Assembly (NCBI RefSeq): GCF_964204645.1
Contig: NC_134027.1
Coordinates: 11,378,485 to 11,442,484, forward strand
From: Tubulanus polymorphus
Taxonomy: Eukaryota; Animalia; Nemertea
Length of the DNA: 64,000 bases
Direction: 5' to 3'
The position numbers and the translations under genes were made by a program. The notes beneath the pieces are model-generated. The model saw only the letters and a program-made list of their open reading frames with translations. It did no database searches and was not told the DNA's origin. Positions within the stretch are counted from its first letter, which is position 1. Each line of letters begins with the position of its first letter. This document shows, one piece after another, positions 50,931-62,991 of the stretch.

Positions 50931-51821
50931 AAGATTAAGTCCGAAAAGTTTCCTTTCATCTATAAATTAATTCATCCAACGTTTCGACAATAACCTAATA
51001 GTCATCTTCAGGAAAGATACAGTCATCAAAGAAATAGTCATCTTCATGGACATACGAACTACGGTCTAGTTTATGCATCCACGGTTTAGCTGGACAATTG
51101 TTAATTGCCGATTTAAAAATGTGTGCGAATGCAATACATTGATTTGGTCCGTTCCAAATTGGTGGTTCCCAGGTACCAGCCAAATCATAAGTGGCATGAA
51201 CGCGGCTAAAAGAAATGAAAATGAAGTAAACACTGCTGTTTTTTCAGCAGAAGGGCACGTGAGTAACAGTGTTCTGGAAGCCATTTACGAGAAAAAAACA
51301 TAAACCATTACACACACACCGGCGAAATCTGCTACAGGGACTGGCCACATACGGTCAATTAATTAACCATTCCAGGGAGAGTCTGAGAAACTACGGCGTT
51401 AGCTAATGACTGGGTTTGCGCGCATGATGGCCGGCAATAAACGCTGGACATTCCATCAGACAGTAACTCACGCCGATGGTCAGTCAGGTGCAGCGGTAAT
51501 AGCCAATATCGAGTAGTATAGTAGATGCGAGCCGTATAGAATAAATAGAGATAGCTATCGTTATCATCATTTCTAAAAAGACGATTAAGTCTCCGGGGGG
51601 GGGGGGGGCGTTTAACTATCAATTCAATGACTTCAACAGCCGATTAAAGTTGTATCTATGATATGAGAGGAATTTGGGTAACCCGACTATTATTACAAAA
51701 TCACTGCACCAAGGTCTCAAGTTATATAAACTGCCTTATACATGCCTAAGACAGGCATGATCCAGAGTCAAATGTTTTCACAAGGGTTATTAATCCCAGT
51801 TGCAAAATTCCTGTTCGTACA

Positions 51822-52141
51822 CATCCTCCTCGGCAGGGATTCGAACCTGATGGCATCACAAGATTCAGCAATGGTACTTAACCCTGTCACACTACTTGAC
51901 TGGGTGTGCAGGTACATGCATAAGTTTGCCGCAACAAAACTTGCAACGCCAATCAGATTGCCTGTTGAATAATCCCCGAGGCAAATCTCACGCTTAGACT
52001 ATAAATGGAAAGACCTGGCTAAAATAAAACGTGATTTCTGATGCTCAAACTATAAGTGCAAAAACCCGCGCTAAAACAAGATTTCTGATTGGCTAATGAC
52101 ACCATCTCAGCTGCGCACTCGGTCTAGTGTGACAGGGTTTC
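51822..52141 (-). mobile_element. MITE family H, one TIR truncated
   Basis: CATCCTCCTCGGCAGGGATTCGAACCTGATGGCATC...; core in opposite orientation to 54539-54878. Confidence 0.85.
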
Positions 52142-52883
52142 TAGATTAGTTAGATCGGAGAAAAACGAAGACTTTTCGACTTTAATGACTGCTTGAAAAT
52201 CTCAGAAATCGGTCATAACGCATAATGTCGGTTCGACGACAAAAAAGGGTGAAGGCCATTCCCGGATTGTAGCCACGGTCGCAACCGGGCACCTGGATGA
52301 TAATACATTGTCCATTTTTATCGGCGTAACGCAGTTAGCAGTGTGTCGTAACAATATCCATAGATGCAACATCACGCCTGATTAAACAGAAACCACTCAG
52401 AGATCTCGGGAAAAAAATACTCTCACTGCTGCACCGATATCGCCCATCGCCCCGAAAAAAGAATTCATCGTCGATGAATTAATGACACGGACAGGTTTTA
52501 ATTAGCAACCAGAAACATAATGCCAGAGTTAATCGCGCAGAAGTGCGGCGAGCAACTTTACTACAGGTGAAAAAAACCATTTGGCAATATCCCGAATCCG
52601 ATAAGATACATCGAGAGAGAAAAAAACGGCGCAAAAATCAACATCTGAAGTTCCGAGGCACGCATACGCACACACAGTACGTAAGATCAGAACTTAAGCG
52701 CTAAGTTTCCCTGGCGACGCGGATAACATCTACATCCCCTTTAAGCCATTCTGAAAATAGTGCCAAACGAAAACCCGCCGCCGCAACCATCGAGAAAGGT
52801 GTTGTGTAAACAAAGGTGAGATGTCTTGCTGATTTACGTGATGAAGTCTACTCCAAAGCTCGCTACGAAAAAAAATATCCTAT

Positions 52884-52890
<7 letters not shown>

Positions 52891-52978
<88 letters not shown>
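52891..52978. repeat. (AT)n microsatellite
   Basis: Direct reading. Confidence 0.99.
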
Positions 52979-52981
<3 letters not shown>

Positions 52982-53149
52982 TAGAAAGGAGAGCGCCGGG
53001 GACTTAGATCACGACATTTATCCATACAATACATCATTTTGTATACATATATACAAAATGATTTATCGATAAATGTCATGATCTAAGTAGCTTCCCAGGT
53101 TATCATCGTCACGGGGATGTCTAGATTCGGTAAAAATTAAGTTAAGAAG

Positions 53150-53401
53150 GGTGGTGTATTCTGCGAGTAGGAAGTTCAGGAAATTTATCAACTCTCATTT
53201 CCTTTCCCTTTGTTCCTTCATTTTCCTTTCCCTTTTTACCGGATGCGTGCGACAGTGGCCTTTAAAGGCTTTGCTTGGCCCACGCAGAAAACTACGGGTT
53301 CTTTTCTCTCTCTTCATAATAGGCTTGTTCAAAATTAGCAAATTTCCATCAATCTCGGTACATAGCCTGCCATGCGTTCCGAGAAATGAATTGAACTTGA
53401 G
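53150..53401 (+). mobile_element. Retroposon 3' UTR with TTGAAC tail
   Basis: GACAG.GGCCTT.AAGGCTT.GCT...TCTCTCT...TA.ATAGCCTG.CA...TTGAACTTGA shared with 58070-58252. Confidence 0.55.
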
Positions 53402-54140
53402 TAATCATACTGTCATGGAGGAAGGGATTTCTTCATGGATGGCATTCTATAGTGGAGGGCATTCAGGTATCTATATCTATCAAGAACGACGCCAGCACGC
53501 CTCACCAAGTTCAGATCATCGATACCTTTAGGAGGTATGTTTCCCGTATTTCTTCTAAAGCCTAATGCATAAGATCCGACGTGATCAATGGATCTTAAGG
53601 AATCGGAAACCAGTTGCTGAATTTTCAGTAGGGGTACTTAAGATCGCTAAGACCGATCGCAGACGAGCCGTAAGCGCAATGCCGAGGATCAGACATGTTC
53701 TAGCTCTTACGACGGTCAGATCGGAACGTATTTATTGTATGTGGTACCGGAGTCCAGGCTAGCTTACGATCGACTGGATCATCATACATAACAAAACAAC
53801 ACGTGATTGGCGATTCATTTGTCTTACGATCGACTACGACTCGATCATCGCTGAGTCGGTTTGTTCACTTGCCATTTTGAACACGAAAAGTAACGCGATT
53901 CAATACTCGTCGCCGATTGGCTACGATGTTAAAATCAATCGTAGGAAATAGAACTCGTTTTACCCTTACGATTCGGATTGCGATCGGTCTGCGATGATTA
54001 CGTCGCAGTTATGAGTTCACTCGATGTCGAAAAGGTTACCAATTAAAAAATTGCAGACCAGGACTCAGTTCCACAGTTGTGAGTTAGAGTTAACTCTTGA
54101 GTTAAAATTAGTTCATTTTCAATTAGTTCACTTGGGATTA

Positions 54141-54513
54141 AATCGATTTATAAATCGCCTGAAAAATATGGCGGCGACGACGATTTCGTCGGCCGACTCG
54201 ATCACCCGGCGAATCGCCCGTATCAAACATGTTTAATATTTTCGCCCGATTAAATTACGCCGGTGATTGGATCGCCTGCAAAATCGCTCGTCTGCCCGCA
54301 CTTGGCGAATTCCGCCGAGCGATCCATTTTTATCAACAAATAGGATGCATTGTTGATATCATGTGATTTGTTAACTCTCTCCCACTAAGTGCCAGTCGCT
54401 GACCGAATTTCAGTTTCATCACTACGTGTGCCCGCTCGTGTCGGGCATATAAATTCGTCGGCGAATAAATCATCGCGATCGGGCGAAAAAATATGCTCGT
54501 ATGTCCCCTACCT
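54141..54513 (-). mobile_element. MITE family B
   Basis: Reverse complement of 2021-2457; ends GTCCCCTACCT|TTA. Confidence 0.88.
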
Positions 54514-54538
54514 TTAGGCTCAAAAGCCACAAGGGTTA

Positions 54539-54878
54539 CATCCTCCCCCGGCAGGGATTCGAACCTGATGGCATCGAGATTGCCACGATACGAAACCCTG
54601 CCACACTAGACCGAGTGCGCAGCTACACGCGCAGCATAGATGATGTCATTATTAGCCAATCAGATATACCGTTTTATTTTAGCCCGGGTTTTCCCATTTA
54701 TAGTTCTTCTGTGAAATTTACCTCAGCGATTATACAACGAGCAATCTGATTGGTGCCGCCAGTTTTCGCGCGGCAAAGCTGCGCATATACCTGCACACCC
54801 GGTCTGGTGTGGCAGGGATTCGTGCCGTGGCTGAGTGTAGCGATGTCATCAGGTTCGAATCCCTGCTGTAGCAGGATA
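54539..54878 (+). mobile_element. MITE family H, full length, TIRs containing Pol III B boxes
   Basis: TA|CATCCTCCCCCGGCAGGGATTCGAACCTGATGGCATCG ... CGATGTCATCAGGTTCGAATCCCTGCTGTAGCAGGATA|TA. Confidence 0.88.
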
Positions 54879-54889
54879 TAACTCTAATT

Positions 54890-55125
54890 TCATTTTTGTT
54901 AATCTGTAACAATCATTTTTTGAGAGGATGTTCGCTACGTCATCAATAAATCGTGGCTGCTTGCAGTCAATTCAATTCAATGATCGATATATTGAAGTCC
55001 AAAAAACCTTCCAAAATTGATCCATACATAATCGATATCATAATATTCCTCACTGTCGACAACAATGCGTAATATACGTATTATTTTTCAAGGCGTCAAT
55101 AAACTTTCAAGTTAGTTTTCTTGTT
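54890..55125 (+). mobile_element. Family F, 3' half
   Basis: GAGAGGATG..CGCTACGTCATC ... CAAGGCGTCAATAAACTTTCAAGTTAGTTTTCTTGTTT. Confidence 0.85.
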
Positions 55126-55799
55126 TATCATTAACATTTTTATAAAATACAGGCTAAACGAAATGTTGATATGTACAGACGAACAAGCGATGAGTAATTA
55201 TTGTGGTTTTAATTTCAACCCAGCAGCGACTTTTAATCCATTAAACCAACTACAGTAATCTAATCGTGTCTCCATAAAAGGCCATTAGCATTTAAATGTT
55301 GCTTTTGTGACGAGGGAAATCATATTTTCCAAACACATTCGAGCCAGGAAAACGAGTTATCGAGATTAAGAGTTCCCCGAGGAACGCAGCGTCTCGCGTG
55401 GCAATTATCTTTGCAGCAAAACTGCAAATGGCCGACTAAAAATTCCCTGCATCGCCTTTTCGAACATCGTCGTCGTCGAGTATGCCGTATCTTAATCTGA
55501 ATGAAAAGCAATTTCCATCACCCGTTGATGAGCGACTGTCTCGTAAAAAAACCGACGAACAATGCGCCCACTATTTTACGATCGCAACCGAGTCCGTGCG
55601 CGGTTTTCAACGACACCATTTTCAATTAACTGTCATGTTATCGTTCATTGATATAATCACGAATCTTTGCCCGTCGCACAAAACCCGACAAATAGTAGCG
55701 GCTAACCGTGTGTAGATCGAAACGATGAGTGGCATACACATGACATTCCGGGTTATGGGAGAACCGTACTTACGTGGTGCCGAACACACCAAAATACGG

Positions 55800-56229
55800 C
55801 GCTTACATAGTGACTGGGATTTGCACGTACCGCTCTCTAGATCCAAAGCGAGAACATCAATATAGAACATCAAATATTCTTGATGGCATCCCAAGTCACG
55901 ACTCAAATTATTTTGTTTTAAGTCAGTTGTGTCATATTTTACTAATTATTGAGTGGGCACATTGGCGGATATCAACCAGTTGCTCACAAGTAGAACATGA
56001 GCAACTGGCTGGAACTGGAGATAAATCATCGCATTGGGCATCTGCACACTAGTGCATTTTGCATACGCAATTTTGCGATATTTGGTGAGTGCCAAAATGT
56101 GCTGGAAAAATCACCCACACATCGATAAATTCAAGCAACTGATAAATTGTATCCAGCTAGTTCCTCACATACGCCTAAACTGCCTTGCAACTAGTTGTCG
56201 TCAGTTACTTTGACGATGTACACTAGACT
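55800..56229 (+). mobile_element. MITE family C, partial
   Basis: AGTAGAACATGAGCAACTGGCTGGAACTGGAGATA ... GACGATGTACACTAGACT|TTA. Confidence 0.8.
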
Positions 56230-58255
56230 TTAGTTGTCATTCGGTATGCCGATGAGGGGAGTGTTTTCAAGATGGTGTTTTCATGCTATCTTTGTTTCAA
56301 TATATCTTCAATCTATTCTTAAGCCTTATGCACACTAGTGTCAAAGCCACAACAACAACACCGACATACATATATGGAAATACTATGTAATTCTGTTATT
56401 CAACGGGGCGTTGAATGAAAACATGAACAGAAAGTTTCATTTCTGCAATTGGTATAGACCAGACTGCTAATTACTTCATCACTCAGGCTAATCAACTATC
56501 AATTATTGCCGAATATGGTTTTCCTCCTTTTTTTCTCTTGGCAAACCATCGGATACCAATCTTCGAATATGGGTAATTACACAGCGAAACCTCGAATATG
56601 GAAAATCGATTACATGATTTTTTTTGGTGATCCATCAAATATATACATTCCATCTCATGTGTTTTGCTGAACCCCATTGAATGTTTTTCTGGACCTCGTC
56701 AAATCAGTTCAAAAATATCGGAAACTATCCTAATGAGCCTGATACGGGAACCTAGGGCGACAAAAAGTTCAAAATGATTTTTCTCAGTTTCAACAAAAAT
56801 GCATATATATCCTCAATTCGCCAGAAAGCCAGCATTATGACTGGTCCTGTTAGATCCAAAACCTCAATAGGCAGGAAATTAGATTAAAATATCTACTCAT
56901 ACACTCAGTATAACTGACTCGGTCGGTCGCTAAAATCAAACGGACCAATTTAGCACACCACCCTTTACGCTATACGAACGCTTGGTCTGTTCTATATTGG
57001 AACCGACTTAATTCGGACTGTTCTAAAAAACGTAGCGCGAACGCGGCTTAACGGCCAGACACTCAAATCATATCCTTCATGGTCTGGTAGGAAATATTAG
57101 ATTGACCTTATGTCTGGTCCGATGTCAAACTGCTGCGATGGCTTTCCGAACTGGATAGATATTTTTGGGGCGATCTTCCTCCGAGTAACATATTCCACAT
57201 GAAACCATGGAGACTAATTCACCAGAAAATTGCAAATGAGAAATTGGACAGATTTCTATTAACATTCCATCAGCTCTAAAGAAGCAACTACTGGAATGCT
57301 ATTCCCGTATATATATAAAATTCATCTAAAGTTCTTCATCCGCCGCATTTATCAGGCCTGTAGCCTGGAAAGTCAGTTCCTGCAAAAGTGCACGTGCACA
57401 ACTTGAACATGAACATTTTGAATTCAGTGCCATCATATTTCAGCTTAATAAACGAAATATTTTAGAATAACATTGCTTTTGATCAAGATTTAGTTATTCA
57501 AGCTATCATATTCTAAGATTAATATAATCATTTTACCAATTAATATCTTTTTAGATGCAGAAAGAAGGCACATGGGGCATTTATGCAGGTATCAATTTGC
57601 TTGGAACCACTCCAAAAAGTTACAAGTGTAATATGGAGTTTCAACGATCGCTTTTTGGCAGAATGGTAATAAATGACTGATGTTCGGAGAATTTAGTCTA
57701 TTTTATAAGTTCATTAAGGTTTTCTGTTACTGTACCCAATTGTTATTTGCTATTTCATTGTTTATTACTTTTCTTCCCTTTCCACAAACACTTTACCAAA
57801 ATGATAGGCTATTCATTTTAGCATTGCAGTTATCCCTGACTCGATTCGGATCATAATTTTCTCCTGGCGTAATTGGCCAAAGGCTTCAGACACCTCACCA
57901 TTTAAATCACATCGAGATAACGACCAGCACTGAATGCGACGCCAGGTTTATTGAATTTCTCCTTGTTCTGTTTATCGGTTCAATTCAATCGTCATTAGTA
58001 TCTGGTTATCTCGAGCACTCTTCGCAAGCTGCAATTTATACATGTGCCCGCTAGGTGGTATGTAAGTTTTTACTGGGCAGCATGACAGCGGCCTTAAGGC
58101 TTCGCTAGCAGAGAAAGCTACTTTCCTTTCTCTCTTTTTATAATTGTGCTCGTTGAAAAATTGTAAATTTCATTGTTAAAATATTTTCTTTCCTTAAATG
58201 TATATAGCCTGTCACATTCTTTCCAGATAAATAAATCAGAACTTGAACTTGAAAA

Positions 58256-58657
58256 CACCTTAAAGGCATCGGATTGGTTTGTGCGAAACTTTCTATAAAA
58301 AAAGGCACCTGAAGGATATTCCCTGGCCTGTAGAAAACCTGTTATGGTTCAATTAACAGTGGGACACAGGTGAACCCTTGACGATCAAAAATTTACTGGC
58401 TGTCTCATGTTCCGTACAGACTCAAGACTTATGGTGGACATTCCTTCAGTGTCACAGCAGAATCCCTCTGGAGCTCTTTGGATGATAACCTCAGATACAT
58501 TCCCAATTTCGATGATTTCAAACGAGCGCTTAAGGCTTTCCTGTTCAAATTAGCTTACGACCTGTAACAACTCGGCCCATGCGCCGGTGAACATTGGTCA
58601 CAATGAAATAGGCGCTTTACAAATGTCACTGTTTATTATCATGATTATCATTATTAT
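58256..58657 (+). mobile_element. L2-clade LINE 3' end
   Basis: 58409-58567 translates VPYRLKTYGGHSFSVTAESLWSSLDDNLRYIPNFDDFKRALKAFLFKLAYDL*, matching the L2-type KTYGxRAFSVxAPxLWNSLP..FKxxLKTxLF terminus; GCGCC..GGCGC stem, TACAAAT and (ATT)n tail. Confidence 0.85.
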
Positions 58658-59315
58658 AAAAATTGGTGACAAAACATCTGAAGGCGTGGCTCCAGGTTAC
58701 AGATATATACCTTCATAGGATATTCCATTCACTTAACACGGAACCGTTTGTAAAACGCGATCGCACGACCGTTTTTAGCCGCAGTCGTATTTTTCCCCCG
58801 ACGAAACATTTTTTAGTCGCCGCTAGAGCCGACTCGTATTGAACATTCGACGCAGTTTCTGCAATCATCATTACCGTTGCAAAATGGCTGCCATCTACAT
58901 GCTAATTGCTCCCCAGTTCGAGCTTTTGATCTGCAATCAATTTACTATCAACAGCTCCGAGCCGGTCCCTCGTGTAATTAATATAGTAACTAGTCCCTAA
59001 ACATGAACCCGTTGCCATCCGAAGCGTCGAGAAAACGGTGACGAATGGGACCTCAGCGATGTGTAATAGTATACTTACGAACGAAACCGCCACACACGAA
59101 CGCCAGTTATGAAATCTCCGCGGGGCTCGTATCAGCTCCCGTCGGGTCCTTTTTCGACACCGCTTCATAAAAGATGGATGATATCGTACGGCGTCGTGTA
59201 CGGACATGGCCGATAGACGTAAACTTTTTATTTCGTATCGACGCTTCTAGTCTGGAAAACTTACAATTGAAGAACGCATTTGCCTCCGCCACGTTTATCC
59301 CAGACAGTACCATAA

Positions 59316-59685
59316 AGCTTAGCGTACATTGACGAAGCGACTGGAGACAACTAGTTGCTAGTGAGCGAGTACCCCGCGCACATCGAAAATCTAGTAAAAA
59401 CCAGTAACTTTGTGGCTCATGCCGGTCCCTAGGTCCATAGCGCGTACATCGACAGCAACTGAGATGTGTTATCGTTCACATCGACGGATATGACAGTAAC
59501 CAAGTACAACTAGTTGCTCAAATGTAGAACATGGGCAACTGGAGATAGATGGACGCTAACCAGTCGTAAGCTAGCTCACATCGACAAATTCGTGCAACTG
59601 ATTGTATCCTGCCATTTCCTCTCATGAGTCGAAAACTACCTGGCAACTAGTTGTCTCCAATCGCAGTGTGGATGTACGCTAGGCT
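59316..59685 (+). mobile_element. MITE family C
   Basis: TAA|AGCTTAGCGTACAT ... GATGTACGCTAGGCT|TAA. Confidence 0.9.
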
Positions 59686-60130
59686 TAAGAGACATCTCGG
59701 AATTTGGCAAATAGAACTATTACTTAGCCATTATCGGTTATCCGAGTCGACCAATGAGGACTCCAGCTATCCCACTAGATCGCGCACGTATCAGCGCAAC
59801 AACCCTGTTAAAATCAATTTCATTTTCGATGAGCTTTCCTCTAGATTTTTAGCCCCCCTCATCAGAAATTAGGCAAATCACTCCTCTTGATACCCTAAAA
59901 TGATCTTTAGGGAAAAATAATGGATAGATCTTAATCGTATCTGAGAAGAAATCTGGGAGTTGTCGTCTGAATGCACATAAGCGACACCTAGTGGATGCTA
60001 GCTTGCCACAAGTGGAATCCTCGATTGCCACCAGTCAAACGTCGAGTCCTCATAAGCATTGAGGTTAATAGCTGAAACTGCCAGCCGATGAAGTACAATT
60101 CCATCCCGATTGCCAGAAGATCAGCTATCT

Positions 60131-60556
60131 AGCTAAGCATACACCAACTGGAGACAACTAGTTGCTAGTGAGCGAGTACCCCGCTCACATCGAAAATCTA
60201 ATGAAAACCAGCAACTGCGTGGCTCATGTTGGTCGCTAGGTCCATAGCGCACACATCAACAGCAACTGAGATGTGTAATCTAGCAAATATTCACAGGGCA
60301 TCTCGAATCACGTGACAAATTGCTTTGTTTTAGTTAGTTGCAACCATGTGTTTTTGATTATGGAGCGCCCACATCAACGGATATGACAGCAACTGAGTAC
60401 AACTAGTTGCTCAAAAGTAGAACATGGGCAACTGGCTGGAACTGGAGATAGACGGAAGCTAACAAGTCGTAACCTAGCTCACATCGACACGTTCGAGCAA
60501 CTGATTGTATCCAGCCAGTTGCTCTCTCCAATCGCAGTGTCGATGTAGGCTAGGCT
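60131..60556 (+). mobile_element. MITE family C
   Basis: Close homolog of 59316-59685; ends GATGTAGGCTAGGCT|TAA. Confidence 0.9.
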
Positions 60557-60627
60557 TAACAGAACTCCTAGTGGCAATAATAGCATTAAGCCCAGCAATC
60601 AATATTCATCCTCCTATCATAAGATGA

Positions 60628-61090
60628 TTTTTGACGCCATTAAAACTGTTACAGTAATGTATCATACATTGATACCTAGTATGCGTTATTTAAGAGGTTC
60701 TGTGTGAGTCATGTGCACTAGGTCATCAATATTCAATATTAGCATTAGCGCTTCAAAATGATAATCACAATTGTGAATTTCGGCGTTTACTTTGTGATCA
60801 AATATACTTCACTGGATTCTTTATTCTATATTTAATGAATTTTTATGTCTTTTTGATAATGAATTTTGAGTGGCTGTGCCATTCGTCATCAATATTGAGG
60901 CTAATCTGGTTAGACCGTTGCTAGTCAATTCAATTCCATTGCCATTATATTCAAATTCTAGATAACTTTTTGAGCCTTGATATAAAAACATGATATGTTA
61001 TTTATCTTCAAGGCATCAATCAACTTTCAAGTAAGTTTTTGTTGTTTATCTTCGAGGCATCGATTAACTTTCAAGTTATTTTTCTTGTTA
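60628..61090 (+). mobile_element. Family F element with duplicated 3' terminus
   Basis: TTTTTGACGCCATTAAAAC start; AGGCATC.AT.AACTTTCAAGT..TTTT.TTGTT occurs twice at the end. Confidence 0.85.
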
Positions 61091-61757
61091 CACACATGAC
61101 AGGTACTGCGGATAAATATTGTATCAAGCGCATTTTGTGTTCCTCCAATACACAGCACCACGCTGTCTGAAGAAGTACTCACGTGTCAACACCAGAAACT
61201 ACGTTTCCATCATAAATAATCTCTCGAGCCGGCCTTAAAACTATGTACACCGAGTGATTTGAATTTTCTGTGAGAATGTATGAAAGATTTTTTTTTTTAC
61301 ATGTATGCATGAACCCCAAAATTTGGCATACTGCAACTGCAGCCTTGATCATCACAAAATTCAAATTCAAAATAACTTTATTGATCCTTAATGTTCAACA
61401 TATACATCATTGGATTGACATTTTCAATAAAGTGGACAGGACAAACAAGAGACATGGAGAATAGAAAAAAAACAAAAATAATACAGTATAATGGAGCAGT
61501 TTAGAAGGAAATTACAGTTACATTGATGGATCCCCATCGTTTAGCAAATATGAGATCTTATTGATCAGTACGTGGGATAACTATTAAAGAGAACATCAAT
61601 TACAATACCAATTTTAAATCTTTTTAGTAGTCCATTTATTGCTATCAAAAGGTTTTATCTGACATAGAAGTAGTGGCACGATAAAAGCCGGGGCCCATTT
61701 CATAGAACAACTTGAAGTTTCATTAGTCATGATAACACAATATTAATGAAACTTTAA

Positions 61758-62027
61758 CCCTTTCAGTGCTGACTAAGTAATACCTAAAAGTGCTAGAGAT
61801 ATTTTGAAGATTTAAAAAAGTTCTACCCCAAGTGTTGAATAACAGGCATACCACTTTAGTGGTGTATAGTTACTAATATTTCACAATGTTTGACAGGATG
61901 CTGCCATCGTTCAATAAATACAAAAACCAATTACTAATCAATCGTATCAATACACTGCGATGCAGTGTACTGGCAAAGTCCACCAGCAATTCATACACAG
62001 CACTGCAGTGTAGACCCAATGAAAGGG
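61758..62027 (+). mobile_element. piggyBac-type MITE
   Basis: TTAA|CCCTTTCAGTGCTGAC ... CAATGAAAGGG|TTGA. Confidence 0.85.
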
Positions 62028-62287
62028 TTGAGGAAGCGTAAGTCATCTATGACATGGCCTAGTGTGCAGAAATCTTCAATAACAATACAAATATGATGAA
62101 TAATTCCCCCGCATATAATCATCATGATCATTTGTCAACGTTTCACCTCGCGCGCGGAAAACCAGGGGCGAGAAACTAACGAGAGGAGTTCCCGTCGAGA
62201 TTTTTTAATCCGACGAATTAATGCATCTGACAATAGATCTCGGCGCAAAAATTGATGGGTTGCACGAGGTCTAAACCCGGTACTTAA

Positions 62288-62288
<1 letters not shown>

Positions 62289-62378
<90 letters not shown>
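62289..62378. repeat. (CA)n microsatellite
   Basis: Direct reading. Confidence 0.99.
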
Positions 62379-62380
<2 letters not shown>

Positions 62381-62687
62381 AGCTTCCGTGAATAATAGCG
62401 CGCGTATTTCATACACTACGAGACAACAACAGTACCATTAAAGACAATACATCACTTTGCGCCGCCGCTACCCGGACCGCCTGCCATCTACGAATGATTA
62501 GCTCAGTCATGTAAAACCGAGTGAATGGATTCGGGCAGCGATTCATTCGTTAAAAAAAACCCGAAGGTGAAGCGCGACTACTGCGGCGCAACCCGGTCAC
62601 AGAATACATCGATTATCTTCGCGAAAAAACGTGACCCCGCATACGAAAACGTTCGGCGAGAAAGATCTCGTCGTCGTCGATTGAGAT

Positions 62688-62991
62688 TAAGGGCGGATCA
62701 AGACGGGAGCATTTAGCCGCGCCTTTGTGAAAATACGAAGGCAATATTTTTCAGGGCACCTTTTTCTTCCCGCAACGAATAAGACAGTAGTTTGATGAAC
62801 AAGATTTAGCTTGTATTCTCTTAAAATGTTCCCAAAGTGTCCAAACATCGCATGAAAATGCATTGAAGATTCCAAATTTTCCACACCTTATTTCGGCTGC
62901 ATGGATATTTAATACTGCCCTTTTTCAGTGTATATGCCTTTTTCATGTCTTAGTGTGCTCCTATCAAAGTCTACCCCTGGAAACGCCCCTG
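62688..62991. mobile_element. hAT-like MITE
   Basis: GAGAT|TAAGGGCGGATC ... GAAACGCCCCTG|GCGAT. Confidence 0.65.
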
